From Eledone cirrhosa (taxonomy: Eukaryota), in assembly GCA_964016885.1 (NCBI GenBank), contig OZ024744.1, positions 90,768,001-90,832,000 of the forward strand: DNA of 64,000 bases, written 5' to 3'. Positions 1 through 13,589 of this stretch are shown here, one piece after another. Made by a program: the position numbers and the translations under genes. The stretch's first letter is position 1; each line of letters starts with the position of its first letter. Under the pieces are notes generated by a model. The model saw only the letters and a program-made list of their open reading frames with translations. It searched no databases and was not told the DNA's origin.

Positions 1-464
1 CCAGTTGGAATTGGCCGATTAAAGTTTTGAGGCTGTTGCACACCCCTCCCCCACTGGGACATGCTCCCACATAGTCCCATCGTGGATCTAGGATACCATT
101 CCAGTCCCCCACTAAAAGTAAGGAGCGAGACGTTCCCAGAAAAGACTCTAGACGCTTAAAGAAGTCTGGCATAAACGGCCAGTCTACCCCCCACCCCCGG
201 GTCCAAGTGTACTTGCTTTACTTCGTCGTCCACGTTCTTCCGAAACATGACAGCCACTCCACCTCCACCTCCTGGCTGACAGAGAGATGCGTAGATCTCA
301 AAGTCGTCGAAGATGGGGGTTAGTTGCCGCCTGTTGTGGATCCTGGACTCGGTGATGGCTATCACATCCATACCGTGTGACCTAAGGTCGTTTAAAAATT
401 GGCCCTGTTTCCAGGGCATCCCTATGCCACGCACATTCACGCTTCCAACTCGTAAACTAGCCAT
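1..464 (-). pseudogene. Tx1/L1-clade LINE ORF2 N-terminus (apurinic endonuclease domain), disrupted, running off the window
   Basis: ORF 156..464 begins MASLRVGSVNVRGIG...DVIAITESR...GGGVAVMFRK, matching APE motifs (SxNVRG, DVIxxQE, GVAxL). The frame closes at 156, too early for an intact ORF2. Confidence 0.8.
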
Positions 465-499
465 GTTGGTGGAGAAGAGTTGGAGAAAAAGGACGAAAG

Positions 500-1187
500 G
501 CGCACTTACCCTTTCGTTTCCTGGAGATCTTGTTGATGAATGCGTATTGTTGTTTGTGTTTTTGTTGTGTTGTTTTAGTTTGTTGTTCGTCCGGGAGTTT
601 TCTTTTTATAGTGGGTGTTTGTGTTTGGGGTGGTGTTTGTGTTAGTTTTGCCGGTAGGGGGATGTTTGACTGTGGTGTTGTTTGTGTTGTTGTTTGTGTT
701 GTTGTTTGTGTCTGTGGTTGTGTGTTGGTGTTGATGATTGGAGTTTTGGGGGGTTTTGTGGTGTCTCTTTTTTGGCTTTTTATATTTCCGCGGCTCTCCC
801 TCTTCTTCTCTTAAAGAAGGAGAAGCAGCTTCATCCGTCGATGAATAATCGTCGTCAGGAGTGTGGGGGTAGGGGTATGTTGTGTGGTGGTGGTGGTGTT
901 TCGGTGTGTGTGTTTGTGGTAGTGTTTGATGGAGTGGGATGGGGTGGGACTGTGTTCTTCAGGGGCGTTGTCTCTGTTTTTTCTGTTGTTGTTGGTTAAG
1001 TGGCTGTTTGTTTTGGTGTGGTTGCTCGTTTCGTCTGTCGTTGTACTTGTGGTGGTGGTGGTGGTGGTGGTATTGGTAATAGTGTTTTTTAATGATGTTG
1101 TTGTGGTGTGTTTGTGAAGGACAGGAGGCTTTTAGGTGTGCTGTGCTACCACAGCGAAAGCAATGAATTTTTCGTCCCTCTTCCGAA
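500..1187 (-). pseudogene. Tx1/L1-like ORF1 C-terminal part with CCHC zinc knuckle (5'-truncated)
   Basis: Manual minus-strand translation of about 1120-1185 gives EEGRKIHCFRCGSTAHLKASCP (C-x2-C-x4-H-x4-C). It is followed by a Thr/His/Lys-rich low-complexity tail directly upstream of the ORF2 ATG at 464. Confidence 0.75.
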
Positions 1188-3281
1188 ATATTAGTTGCGA
1201 CATCACTGGGGCCAAGCTGTATCAGCCATTACCTTTCCCTTGGACACCATTATATAGGATGTATATATAATATATCGTGTATAGATAGGGTGTTTGTAGT
1301 GTGTATATAACCTATAGTATATACATAGTGTGTATATATATTGTATATATTAATTACGACGTCACTGTATCAGCCATTGCCTTTCTCTTGGACAACATTA
1401 TATATGACGTATATATAATATATTGTTTCTACTTTAGGCACAAGGCCAGCAAATACCCAGTACATTACTGGCACTTTAGTTTATCGACCCCGTAAGGATG
1501 AAAGGTAAAGTTAACCTCGGCGGGATTTGAACTCAGAATGGCAAGGGCCGTAACTCTATGCGTCAAAGCATGGCGTCCGACCCTCTACCGATACTGCCAA
1601 TCCACCGCCCCTATACACTATATAATATATAGTGTATAGATAGGGTGTTTGTAGTGTATATAAAGTGTATATATTAATTGCGACATCACTGGGGCCAAGC
1701 TGTATCAACCATTGCCTTTCTCTTGGACAACAGCATATATGGTGTATATATATAATATACAGTCTATACATAGTGTGTATGTGATGTGTATATAATGTAT
1801 ATATTAGTTATGACATCACTGGTGCCAAGCTGTATCGACCATTGCCTTTCTCTTGGACAACAGCATATATGGTGTATATATAATATACAGTCTATACATA
1901 GTGTGTATGTGATGTGTATATAATGTATATATTAGTTATGACATCACTGGTGCCAAGCTGTATCGACCATTGCCTTTCTCTTGGACAACAGCATATATGG
2001 TGTATATATAATATACAGTCTATACATAGTGTGTATGTGATGTGTATATAATGTATATATTAGTTATGACATCACTGGTGCCAAGCTGTATCGACCATTG
2101 CCTTTCTCTTGGACAACAGCATATATGGTGTATATATATAATATACAGTCTATACATAGTGTGTATGTGATGTGTATATAATGTATATATTAGTTATGAC
2201 TTCACTGGTGCCAAGCTGTATCAACCATTGCCTTTCTCTTGGACAACAGCATATATGGTGTATATATATAATATACAGTCTATACATTGTGTGTATGTGA
2301 TGTATATATAATGTATATATTAGTTATGACATCACTGGTGCCAAGCTGTATCGACCATTGCCTTTCTCTTGGACAACAGCATATATGGTGTATATATAAT
2401 ATACAGTCTATACATTGTGTGTATGTGATGTATATATAATGTATATATTAGTTGCGACATCACTGGCGCCAAGCTGTATCGGCCATTGCCTTTCTCTTGG
2501 ACAACAGCATATATGGTGTATATATAATATACAGTCTATACATTGTGTGTATGTGATGTATATATAATGTATATATTAGTTATGACATCACTGGCGCCAA
2601 GCTGTATCGACCATTGCCTTTCTCTTGGACAACAGCATATATGGTGTATATATATAATATACAGTCTATACATTGTGTGTATGTGATGTGTATATAATGT
2701 ATATATTAGTTGCGACATCACTGGTGCCAAGCTGTATCGACCATTGCCTTTCTCTTGGACAACAGCATATATGGTGTATATATATAATATACAGTCTATA
2801 CATTGTGTGTATGTGATGTGTATATAATGTATATATTAGTTGCGACATCACTGGCGCCAAGCTGTATCGACCATTGTCTTTCTCTTGGACAACAGCATAT
2901 ATGGTGTATATATATAATATACAGTCTATACATTGTGTGTATGTGATGTGTATATAATGTATATATTAGTTATGACATCACTGGTGCCAAGCTGTATCGG
3001 CCATTGCCTTTCCCTTGGACAACAGCATATATGGTGTATATATAATATACAGTCTATACATTGTGTGTATGTGATGTATATATAATGTATATATTAGTTG
3101 CGACATCACTGGCGCCAAGCTGTATCGGCCATTGCCTTTCTCTTGGACAACAGCATATATGGTGTATATATATAATATACAGTCTATACATTGTGTGTAT
3201 GTGATGTGTATATAATGTATATATTAGTTATGACATCACTGGTGCCAAGCTGTATCGGCCATTGCCTTTCTCTTGGACAAC
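1188..3281. repeat. 128-130 bp tandem satellite (about 13 regular units 1682-3281, plus diverged units from 1188)
   Basis: Unit GACATCACTGGTGCCAAGCTGTATCGACCATTGCCTTTCTCTTGGACAACAGCATATATGG... recurs at 1682, 1812, 1940, 2068, 2198, 2328, 2456, 2584, 2714, 2844, 2974, 3102 and 3232. Confidence 0.95.
1421..1609 (-). mobile_element. tRNA-derived SINE with Nin/Deu-type core (family A, about 190 bp)
   Basis: Reverse strand has A-box TGGCAGTATCGG, B-box GAGTTCAAATCC, core GCCTTTCATCCTTACGGGGTCGATAAA and 3' end GAAACAAT. About 20 copies in the window. Confidence 0.85.
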
Positions 3282-3428
3282 ATCAGTGATATGGAGGGGG
3301 GAGACTGGTATGTATAGGTGACTGCTGGTCTTCTACAAACAACAACCATGCCTGGACTTGTGCCTCAGAGGGGAACGTTCTAAGTGAATATCCCTTCGTC
3401 ACCGAAAGGGGTTTTTACCGTTTACCCT
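3232..3428 (+). mobile_element. Dispersed-repeat (probably SINE body) fragment continuing from the last satellite unit
   Basis: The last satellite unit runs on into non-repeated GC-richer sequence. A related diverged segment (GGAACTTTCTAG...) occurs near 47335-47410. Confidence 0.45.
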
Positions 3429-3439
3429 TTACATACACA

Positions 3440-3705
3440 CATGCACACTCTCTCGCACACACACTCTCTCTCATACTCTCTCTCACACACTCTCTCTCAC
3501 ACACACACTCTCTCTCACACACTCTCTCTCACACTCTCTCTCACACTCTCTCTCACGCACTCTCTCTCTCATACTCTCTCTCACACTGCCTCTCACACTC
3601 TCTCTCACACTCTCTCTCACACACACACTCTCTCTCACACACTCTCTCTCACACTCTCTCTCACACTCTGTCTTTCACACTCTCTCTCACACACTCTCTC
3701 TCACA

Positions 3706-3746
<41 letters not shown>

Positions 3747-6700
3747 TCTCTCTCACACACACACACTCTCTCTCACATATACACTCTCTCTCACACTCTC
3801 TCTCACTCTTTGTCTCTCTCACACACTCTCTCTCACACTCTCTCTCTCACACTCTCTCTCTCTCACTCTCTCTCACACACACTCTCTCTCACACTCTCTC
3901 ATACTCTCTCTCTCTCACACTCTCTCTCTCACATTCTCTGCCACACTCTCTCTCTCTCTCACTCTCTCACACACTCTCTCTCTCACACTCTCTCTCACAC
4001 ACTCTCTGTCACACACTCTCTCTCTCTCACCCTTTCACACTCTCTCTCTCTCACTTTCTCTCACACACACTCTCTCTCACACTCTCTCATACTCTCTCTC
4101 TCACACCCTCTGTCTCAAACTCTCTCTCACCCTCTCTCTCTCTCACTGTCTCTCACACACACACTCTCTCTCACACTCTCTCATACTCTCTCTCTCACAC
4201 CCTCTGTCTCAAACTCTCTCTCACCCTCTCTCTCTCTCACTGTCTCTCACACACACACTCTCTCACACTCTCTCATACTCTCTCTCTCACACTCTCTCTC
4301 TCTCACACTCTTTCTCACATACTCTCTCTCTCACACTCTATCTCTCACACTCTCTCTCACACTCTGTCTCTCACACTCTCTCTCACACACACTCACTCTC
4401 TCACTATCTCTCTATCACATACTCTCTCTCTCACACTCTATCTCTCACACTCTCTCTCACTCTCTCTCTCACACTCTCTCTCACACTCTTTCTCTCTCAC
4501 ACTCTCTCTTTCACACTCTCTCTCACACTGTCTCTCACTCTCTCTCTCACATACTCTCTCTCTCACACTCTCTCTCTCTCACACTCTCTCTCTCACACTG
4601 TCTCTCACACTCTCTCTCTCACATACTCTCTCTCTCTCACACTCTATCTCTCACACTCTCTCTTTCACACTCTCTCTTTCACACTCTCTCTCACACTCTC
4701 TCTCACACTCTCTCCCACACTCTCTCTCTCACACTCTCTCTGTCACTCTCTCTCACACTCTCTCTCTCTCTCACTCTCTCACACACTCTCTCTCTCTCAC
4801 ACACTCTATCTCTCACACTCTCGCTCTCACTCTCTCTCTCACACTCTCTCTCACACTCTCTCCCTCACACTCTCTCTTTCACACTCTCTCTCACACACTC
4901 TCTCTCACACTCTCTCTCTCTCACTCTCTCTCACACTCTCTCTCACACACACACTCTCTCTCACATACACACTCACTCTCTCACACTCTCTCTCACTCTC
5001 TCTCTCTCACTCTCTCTCTCTCTCACACATTCTCTCTCATACTCTCTCTCTCACTCTCTCTCACAAACACTCACTCTCACACTCTCTCTCACACTCTCTC
5101 TCACACTCTCTCTCACACTCTCTCTCTCTCACTCTCTCTCACACTCTCTCTCTCACACTCTCTCAGAATCTCTCTCACACACACTCTCTCTCTCTCACAC
5201 ACACTCTCTCTCTCTCACATACACACTCTCTCTCTCACTCCCTCTCTCACACTCTCTCACACTCTCTCTCTCACACATTCTCTCTCACACTCTCTCTCTC
5301 ACACTCTCTCTCTCACACTCTCTCACACACACTCTCTCTCACTCTCTATCTCACAATCTCTCTCACACACACTCTCCCCCACTCTCTCTCTTACACTCTC
5401 TCTCTCTCACACACTCTCTCTCTCACACTCTCTCTCTCTCACTCTCTCTCACACACTCTCTCTCCCACTCTCTCTCTCACACTCTCTCACACACTCTCTC
5501 TTTCTCACACACTCTCTCTCACACATTCTCTCACGCTCTCTCTCTCACACTCTGTCTCTCACACTCTCTCTCACACACACTCTCCCCCACTCTCTCTCTC
5601 ACACTCTCTCTCTCACACTCTCTCACACACTCTCTCTCTCACACTCTCTCTCTCACACACACTCTCTCATACATTCTCTCCCACTCTCTCCCACACACTC
5701 TCCCTCTCACACTCTCTCTCTCTCTCACACTCTCTCTCTGTCACAGTCACTCACACTCTCTCTCTCATACTCTCTCTCACACTCTCTCTCTCACATTCTC
5801 TGCCACACTCTCTCTCTCTCTCACTCTCTCACACACTCTCTCTCTCACACTCTCTCTCACACACTCTCTGTCACACACTCTCTCTCACCCTTTCACACTC
5901 TCTCTCTCTCACTTTCTCTCACACACACTCTCTCTCACACTCTCTCATACTCTCTCTCTCACACCCTCTGTCTCAAACTCTCTCTCACCCTCTCTCTCTC
6001 TCACTGTCTCTCACACACACTCTCTCTCACACTCTCTCATACTCTCTCTCTCACATCCTCTGTCTCAAACTCTCTCTCACCCTCTCTCTCTCTCACTCTC
6101 TCTCACACACCCACTCTCTCACACTCTCTCATACTCTCTCTCTCACACTCTCTCTCTCTCACACTCTCTCTCACATACTCTCTCTCTCACACTCTATCTC
6201 TCACACTCTCTCTCACACTCTGTCTCTCACACTCTCTCTCACACACACTCACTCTCTCACTATCTCTCTATCACATACTCTCTCTCTCACACTCTATCTC
6301 TCACACTCTCTCTCACTCTCTCTCTCACACTCTCTCTCACACTCTTTCTCTCTCACACTCTCTCTTTCACACTCTCTCTCACACTGTCTCTCACTCTCTC
6401 TCTCACATACTCTCTCTCTCACACTCTCTCTCTCTCACACTCTCTCTCTCACACTGTCTCTCACACTCTCTCTCTCACATACTCTCTCTCTCTCACACTC
6501 TATCTCTCACACTCTCTCTTTCACACTCTCTCTTTCTCTCGCTCTCTCTCTCTCTCACACTCTCTCTCACACTCTCTCTCACACTCTCTCTCTCACACTC
6601 TCTCTTTCACACTCTCTCTTTCACACTCTCTCTCACACTCTCTCTCACACTCTCTCCCACACTCTCTCTCTCACACTCTCTCTCTCACTCTCTCTCACAC

Positions 6701-9700
6701 TCTCTCTCACTCTCTCACACACTCTCTCTCTCTCACACACTCTATCTCTCACACTCTCGCTCTCACTCTCTCTCTTTCACACTCTCTCACACTCTCTCTC
6801 ACACACTCTCTCTCACACTCTCTCTCTCTCACTCTCTCTCACACTCTCTCTCACACACACACTCTCTCTCACATACACACTCACTCTCTCACACTCTCTC
6901 TCACTCTCTCCCTCTCTCACTCTCTCTCTCTCTCACACATTCTCTCTCATACTCTCTCTCTCACTCTCTCTCACAAACACTCACTCTCACACTCTCTCTC
7001 ACACTCTCTCTCACACTCTCTCTCACACTCTCTCTCTCTCACTCTCTCTCACACTCTCTCAATCACACTCTCTCACAATCTCTCTCACACACACTCTCTC
7101 TCTCTCTCACACACACTCTCTCTCTCTCACATACACACTCTCTCTCTCACTCCCTCTCTCACACTCTCTCACACTCTCTCTCACACATTCTCTCTCACAC
7201 TCTCTCTCTCACACTCTCTCTCTCACACTCTCTCACACATACTCTCTCTCACTCTCTATCTCACAATCTCTCTCACACACACTCTCCCCCACTCTCTCTC
7301 TTACACTCTCTCTCTCTCACACACTCTCTCTCTCACACTCTCTCTCTCTCACTCTCTCTCACACACTCTCTCTCCCACTCTCTCTCTCACACTCTCTCAC
7401 ACACTCTCTCTTTCTCACACACTCTCTCTCACACATTCTCTCACGCTCTCTCTCTCACACTCTGTCTCTCACACTCTCTCTCACACACACTCTCCCCCAC
7501 TCTCTCTCTCACACTCTCTCTCTCACACTCTCTCACACACTCTCTCTCTCACACTCTCTCTCTCACACACACTCTCTCATACATTCTCTCCCACTCTCTC
7601 CCACACACTCTCTCTCTCACACACTCTCTCTCTCTCTCACACTCTCTCTCTGTCACAGTCACTCACACTCTCTCTCTCATACTCTCTCTCACACTCTCTC
7701 TCTCACATTCTCTGCCACACTCTCTCTCTCTCTCACTCTCTCACACACTCTCTCTCACACTCTCTCTCACACACTCTCTGTCACACACTCTCTCTCTCTC
7801 ACCCTTTCACACTCTCTCTCTCTCACTTTCTCTCACACACTCTCTCTCACACTCTCCCATACTCTCTCTCTCACACCCTCTGTCTCAAACTCTCTCTCAC
7901 CCTCTCTCTCTCTCTCACTGTCTCTCACACACACTCTCTCTCACACTCTCTCATACTCTCTCTCTCACACCCTCTGTCTCAAACTCTCTCTCACCCTCTC
8001 TCTCTCTCACTGTCTCTCACACACACACTCTCTCACACTCTCTCATACTCTCTCTCTCACACTCTCTCTCTCTCACACTCTCTCTCACATACTCTCTCTC
8101 TCACACTCTATCTCTCACACTCTCTCTCACACTCTGTCTCTCACACTCTCTCTCACACACACTCACTCTCTCACTATCTCTCTATCACATACTCTCTCTC
8201 TCACACTCTATCTCTCACACTCTCTCTCACTCTCTCTCTCACACTCTCTCTCACACTCTTTCTCTCTCACACTCTCTCTTTCACACTCTCTCTCACACTG
8301 TCTCTCACTCTCTCTCTCACATACTCTCTCTCTCACACTCTCTCTCTCTCACACTCTCTCTCTCACACTCTCTCTCACACTCTCTCTCTCACATACTCTC
8401 TCTCTCTCACACTCTATCTCTCACACTCTCTCTTTCACACTCTCTCTTTCTCTCGCTCTCTCTCTCTCTCTCACACTCTCTCTCACACTCTCTCTCACAC
8501 TCTCTCTCTCACACTCTCTCTTTCACACTCTCTCTTTCACACTCTCTCTCACACTCTCTCTCACACTCTCTCCCACACTCTCTCTCTCACACTCTCTCTC
8601 TCACTCTCTCTCACACTCTCTCTCTCTCTCACTCTCTCACACACACTCTCTCTCTCTCACACTCTATCTCTCACACTCTCGCTCTCACTCTCTCTCTCTC
8701 ACTCTCTCTCACACTCTCTCCCTCACTCTCTCTCTTTCACACTCTCTCTTTCACACTCTCTCACACTCTCTCTCACACACTCTCTCTCACACTCTCTCTC
8801 TCTCACTCTCTCTCACACTCTCTCTCACACACACACTCTCTCTCACATACACACTCACTCTCTCATACTCTCTCTCACTCTCTCTCTCTCTCACTCTCTC
8901 TCTCTCTCACACATTCTCTCTCATACTCTCTCTCTCACTCTCTCTCACAAACACTCACTCTCACACTCTCTCTCACACTCTCTCTCACACTCTCTCTCAC
9001 ACTCTCTCTCTCTCACTCTCTCTCACACTCTCTCTCTCACACTCTCTCACAATCTCTCTCACACACACTCTCTCTCTCTCACACACACTCTCTCTCTCTC
9101 ACATACACACTCTCTCTCTCACTCCCTCTCTCACACTCTCTCACACTCTCTCTCTCACACATTCTCTCTCACACTCTCTCTCTCACACTCTCTCTCTCAC
9201 ACTCTCTCACACACACTCTCTCTCACTCTCTATCTCACAATCTCTCTCACACACACTCTCCCCCACTCTCTCTCTTACACTCTCTCTCTCTCACACACTC
9301 TCTCTCTCACACTCTCTCTCTCACTCTCTCTCACACACTCTCTCTCCCACTCTCTCTCTCACACTCTCTCACACACTCTCTCTTTCTCACACACTCTCTC
9401 TCACACATTCTCTCACGCTCTCTCTCTCACACTCTGTCTCTCACACTCTCTCTCACACACACTCTCCCCCACTCTCTCTCTCACACTCTCTCTCTCACAC
9501 TCTCTCACACACTCTCTCTCTCACACTCTCTCTCTCACACACACTCTCTCATACATTCTCTCCCACTCTCTCCCACACACTCTCTCTCTCACACTCTCTC
9601 TCTCTCTCACACTCTCTCTCTGTCACAGTCACTCACACTCTCTCTTTCATACTCTCTCTCACACTATCTCTCACACACTCTCTCTCACACTCTCTCTCTC

Positions 9701-11319
9701 TCACACTCTCTCTCACACACACTCTCCCCCACTCTCACACTCTCTCTCACTCTCTCTCTCACACTCTCTCTTACACACTCTCCCCCACTCTCTCTCTCAC
9801 ACACACTCTCTATCCCACTCTCTCTTACTCTCTCTCACCCACTCTCTCTCTCACTCTCTCACACACTTTCTCTCTCCCTCTCTCTCTCACACACTCTCTC
9901 ACACACACTCTCCCCCACTCTCTCTCTCTCACTCTCTCTCTCACACTCTCTCACTCACACTCTCTCTCTGTCACAGTCACTCACACTCTCTCTCTCATAC
10001 TCTCTCTCACACTATCTCTCACACACTCTCTCTCACACTCTCTCTCTCTCACACTCTCTCTCACACACACTCTCCCCCACTCTCACTCTCACAATCTCTC
10101 TCTCTCACACTCTCTCTCACACTCTCTCACACTCTCTCTCACACACTCTCTCTCTCACTCTCTCTCTCTCACTCTCTCTCACACACACTCTCCCCCACTC
10201 TCTCTCTCTTCCCCTCTCTCTCTCTCTCTCTCACACTCTCTCACACACTCTCTCTCTCTCACGCACTCTCTCTCTCTCACACTCTCTCACACACTCTCTC
10301 TCTCACACACCCTCTCTCACACTCTCTCTCTCACACTCTCTCTCTCACACTCTCTCTCACGCACACTCTCTCACACTCTCTTTCACACTCTCTCTCATAC
10401 ACTCTCTCTCACACTCTCTCTCTCTCACACTCTCTCTCTCTGTCACAGTCTCTCACACTCTCTCTCTCATACTCTCTCTCACACTATCTCTCACACTCTC
10501 TCTCTGTCACAGTCTCTCACACTCTCTCTCATACTCTCTCTCACACTATCTCACACACACTCTCTCTCTCACATTCTCTCTCTCACACTCTCTCTCTCAC
10601 ATTCTCTCTCTCTCGCACTCTCTCTCACTCTCTCTCCCACCCTCTCTCTCACACACTCTCTCTCTCTCTCGCTATCTCTCACACTCACTCTCTCTCACAC
10701 TCTCTCTCTCACACTCTCTCTCTCACGCGCTCTCTTTCTCACACTCTCTCTCTGATTCACTCTCTCTCTCACACTCTACCTCACACTCTCTCTCACACAC
10801 ACTCTCTCTCTCTCTTACACTCTCTCTCACTCTCTCTCTCACTCTCTCTTTCACACTCTCTGTCACACTCTCTCTCACACACTCTCTCTCTCACACTCTC
10901 TCACTCACTCTCCCTCCCACTCTCTATCTCCCACTCTCTCTCACACACTCTTTCTCTCTCACACTCTCTCACACACTCTCTCTCACACACTCTCTCCCAC
11001 ACACTCTCTCTCTCACACTCTCTCTCACATACACACTCTCTCTCTCACATTCTCTCTCACACTCACTCTCTCACTCTCTCACTCTCTCACACTCTCTCTT
11101 ACACACTCTCCCTCTCACACTCTCTCTCACACACTCTCTCTCTCTCAAACTCTCTCTCTCACACACTCTCTCTCACACTCTCTCTCACATTCTCTCTCAC
11201 ACTCACTCTCTCACTCTCTCTCTCTCTCCCTCTCACACTCTCTCTCACACACACTCTCTCTCTCTCTCTCTCTCTCTAACACACTCTCTCTCTCACACTC
11301 TCTCTCTCATATTCTCTCA

Positions 11320-11352
<33 letters not shown>

Positions 11353-11435
11353 TCTCTCACTCTTTCTCACTCACTCTCTCTCACTCTCTCACTCTCTCTC
11401 TCTCTCACTCTCTCTCGCCCTCTCTCTCTCTCTCA
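3440..11435. repeat. About 8 kb complex (CT)n/(CA)n microsatellite with kb-scale internal duplications
   Basis: Almost only C/T/A on the + strand. Rare marker words (TGTCTCAAACTC, TCACAAACACTC, TGTCACAGTCAC) recur in blocks. Confidence 0.95.
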
Positions 11436-11984
11436 TATACACACACAAATAATAAAATGACCCAAACAATGTCAGAATATTTGGAAATCTTGGAATCATA
11501 GTCTGTGAAAATAGGACATGTTTTTTTGTTGTCTTTGTATTTGTTGCCTTATCTCTTGGTTGTTGGTTATTTAGGAATGTCATGTAAAAGACTAACCTGG
11601 AACTTAACATCAACAACAGCAGTTACAACAGTTACAACTGCATCAACAACAATTACAACTGCAGTTTCTGTCAACCAAATTCCACACACATGGCAATGTA
11701 CAATGTGAGGTTATAAAAGACACCTATATATATTTGACACTAAACTCCGCCAGTTGCAGACTGCGAATCAACATGAGATATTTATCTCCACAAAGTTTGA
11801 TCACCAACAACAGTTTAAAGAGCAAAGATCAAGTCCAGTCCATAAGTTGACATTATCAAGCCATCATTTTGGCTGCTGGCCTCTACTTCTCTTACCAGCC
11901 TTCCAGGCATAATCTACTCCCACCACGAGTTGATCTTTTTATATGACCCTATAGTTTGAGACACCTGGCTGTGCCTATAATATC

Positions 11985-12920
11985 TGTTCTTAGCCCTCTC
12001 CTGTTTATTATCATATTGCAAGCTATAACAGAGGAGTTTAAGGCCAGCTGACCATGGGAATTTCTTTACGCAAATGTTCTTACACTCATAGCTGAATCTA
12101 TGGTGGAACTAGAGAAGAAATTCTAAACATGGAAGCAGGGCCTAGAAAGAGGTCTTAAAGTCAACCTAACAAAGACAAGGTCCTAAAAGAAGAGAAAACA
12201 GAACCCAGATCCCCTCAGGAAAATGGCCTTGCTCAGTATGTAGGAAAGGTGTAGGTAGAAATTCTATCCTCTGCCCCAATGCAAACTATGGGTTCACAAG
12301 AGATGTAGTGGGATCTCAGGAAGTTTAGCTAAGAATGTAGGCTTTACATGTAGCAGCTGCACCGGGACAATAAGCAGCAAACAACCGCAGGAAACATTCT
12401 GGGGGGGGGGGGGGGGGGGGGGGGGGGCTCAGTAGAAACAGTAGACATCTTCTGCTACCTAGGTGACCGAATTAGCAGCGGAAATGGGTGTACTGAAAAT
12501 ACAGTAACCAGGGTGAGAACGGGATGGAAGAATTTTAGGGCGCTACTACCACTACTAGCTAAAAAAGGCTTTTCGCTCAAAATGAAAGGCAGACTGTATG
12601 ATGCATGCATACGAACAGCAATGTTACATGGTAGTGAGACCTGGCCACTGTTTGTAGAAGACTTGTGTAAATTGGAAAGAAATGAAGCTTGCATGCTCCG
12701 ATGGATGTGTAATAGTAATATACGTGAACGGCAAAGCATAAACGAATTGAGAGCGAGACTGAGCATAAGAGGAATCAAATGCTGTGTGTAGGGGAGGAGG
12801 TTGCGTTGGTATGGACTTGTGATGTGTATGAAGGATGACAGCTGCATAAAAAATTGCAGAGTGCTCAAAGTCAATGGAAGCCTTGGAGTGGGAAGACTCA
12901 GGAAGACTTGGGATGTGTGC
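11985..12920 (+). mobile_element. RTE-clade LINE fragment (RT 3' half), degraded
   Basis: SVLSPLLF, EEFK..PWE and LYDACIRTAMLHGSETWP...LRWMC motifs, clearly homologous to 32660-33600. Contains a poly-G expansion at 12400-12427. Confidence 0.85.
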
Positions 12921-13020
12921 TGAAGGGAAGAAATTGAAAGTTGTGCATGGCTTCAGTCTGTTTGTGGCCATGTGGGTATCTTATATATATACATATATCT
13001 ATCAATCTATATACATATAT

Positions 13021-13375
13021 AATTGTTTCTACTTTTGGTACAAGGCCAGCAATTATCCTAGTACAATACTGGTACTTTATTTTATCGACCCCGTAAGGAT
13101 GAAGGGCAAAGTTAACATCGGCTGGATTTGAACTCAGAATGGCAAGGGCCTTAACTCTATGCGTGGTGTCCAACCCTCTACCGATACTGCCAATCCCCCG
13201 GCAGTATCAGTAGAGGGGCGGACGCCATGCTTTGACGTATAGAGTTACGGCTCTTGCCATTCTGAGTTCAAATCCCGCCGAGGTTAACTTTGCCTTTCAT
13301 CCTTACGAGGTCGATAAAATAAAGTACCAGTAATGCACTGGTAATTGCTGGCTCTGTGCCAAAAGTAGAAACAAT
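13021..13375. mobile_element. Head-to-head inverted pair of family A SINEs
   Basis: A minus copy (13021-13199) directly abuts a plus copy (13199-13375). Confidence 0.85.
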
Positions 13376-13589
13376 TATATATACACATATAATTGCTTCT
13401 ACTTTTAGCACATATATACATATATAATGCTAGTGTGTTGTTACATAATCTTAACTTAAGCCGGCTTAGTTTCATGAGACAATATTTTGCATTTAAACAA
13501 AGATTACACAAGAAACATCGTTAAGTTGTTGATATGTTTCAATGAGAGACACGTCCATTATGGTGTGTGTTTGTTTAGCATATAAGAGG

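Noticed and set aside
1682-3281. CRISPR-like array
   Set aside because: The segments between the conserved parts are themselves near-identical, so there are no unique spacers. Eukaryotic context and no cas genes.
3384-11279. 2631-aa Ser/Leu/His/Thr ORF
   Set aside because: Artefact of a CT/CA microsatellite that can hardly form stop codons; no domain content.
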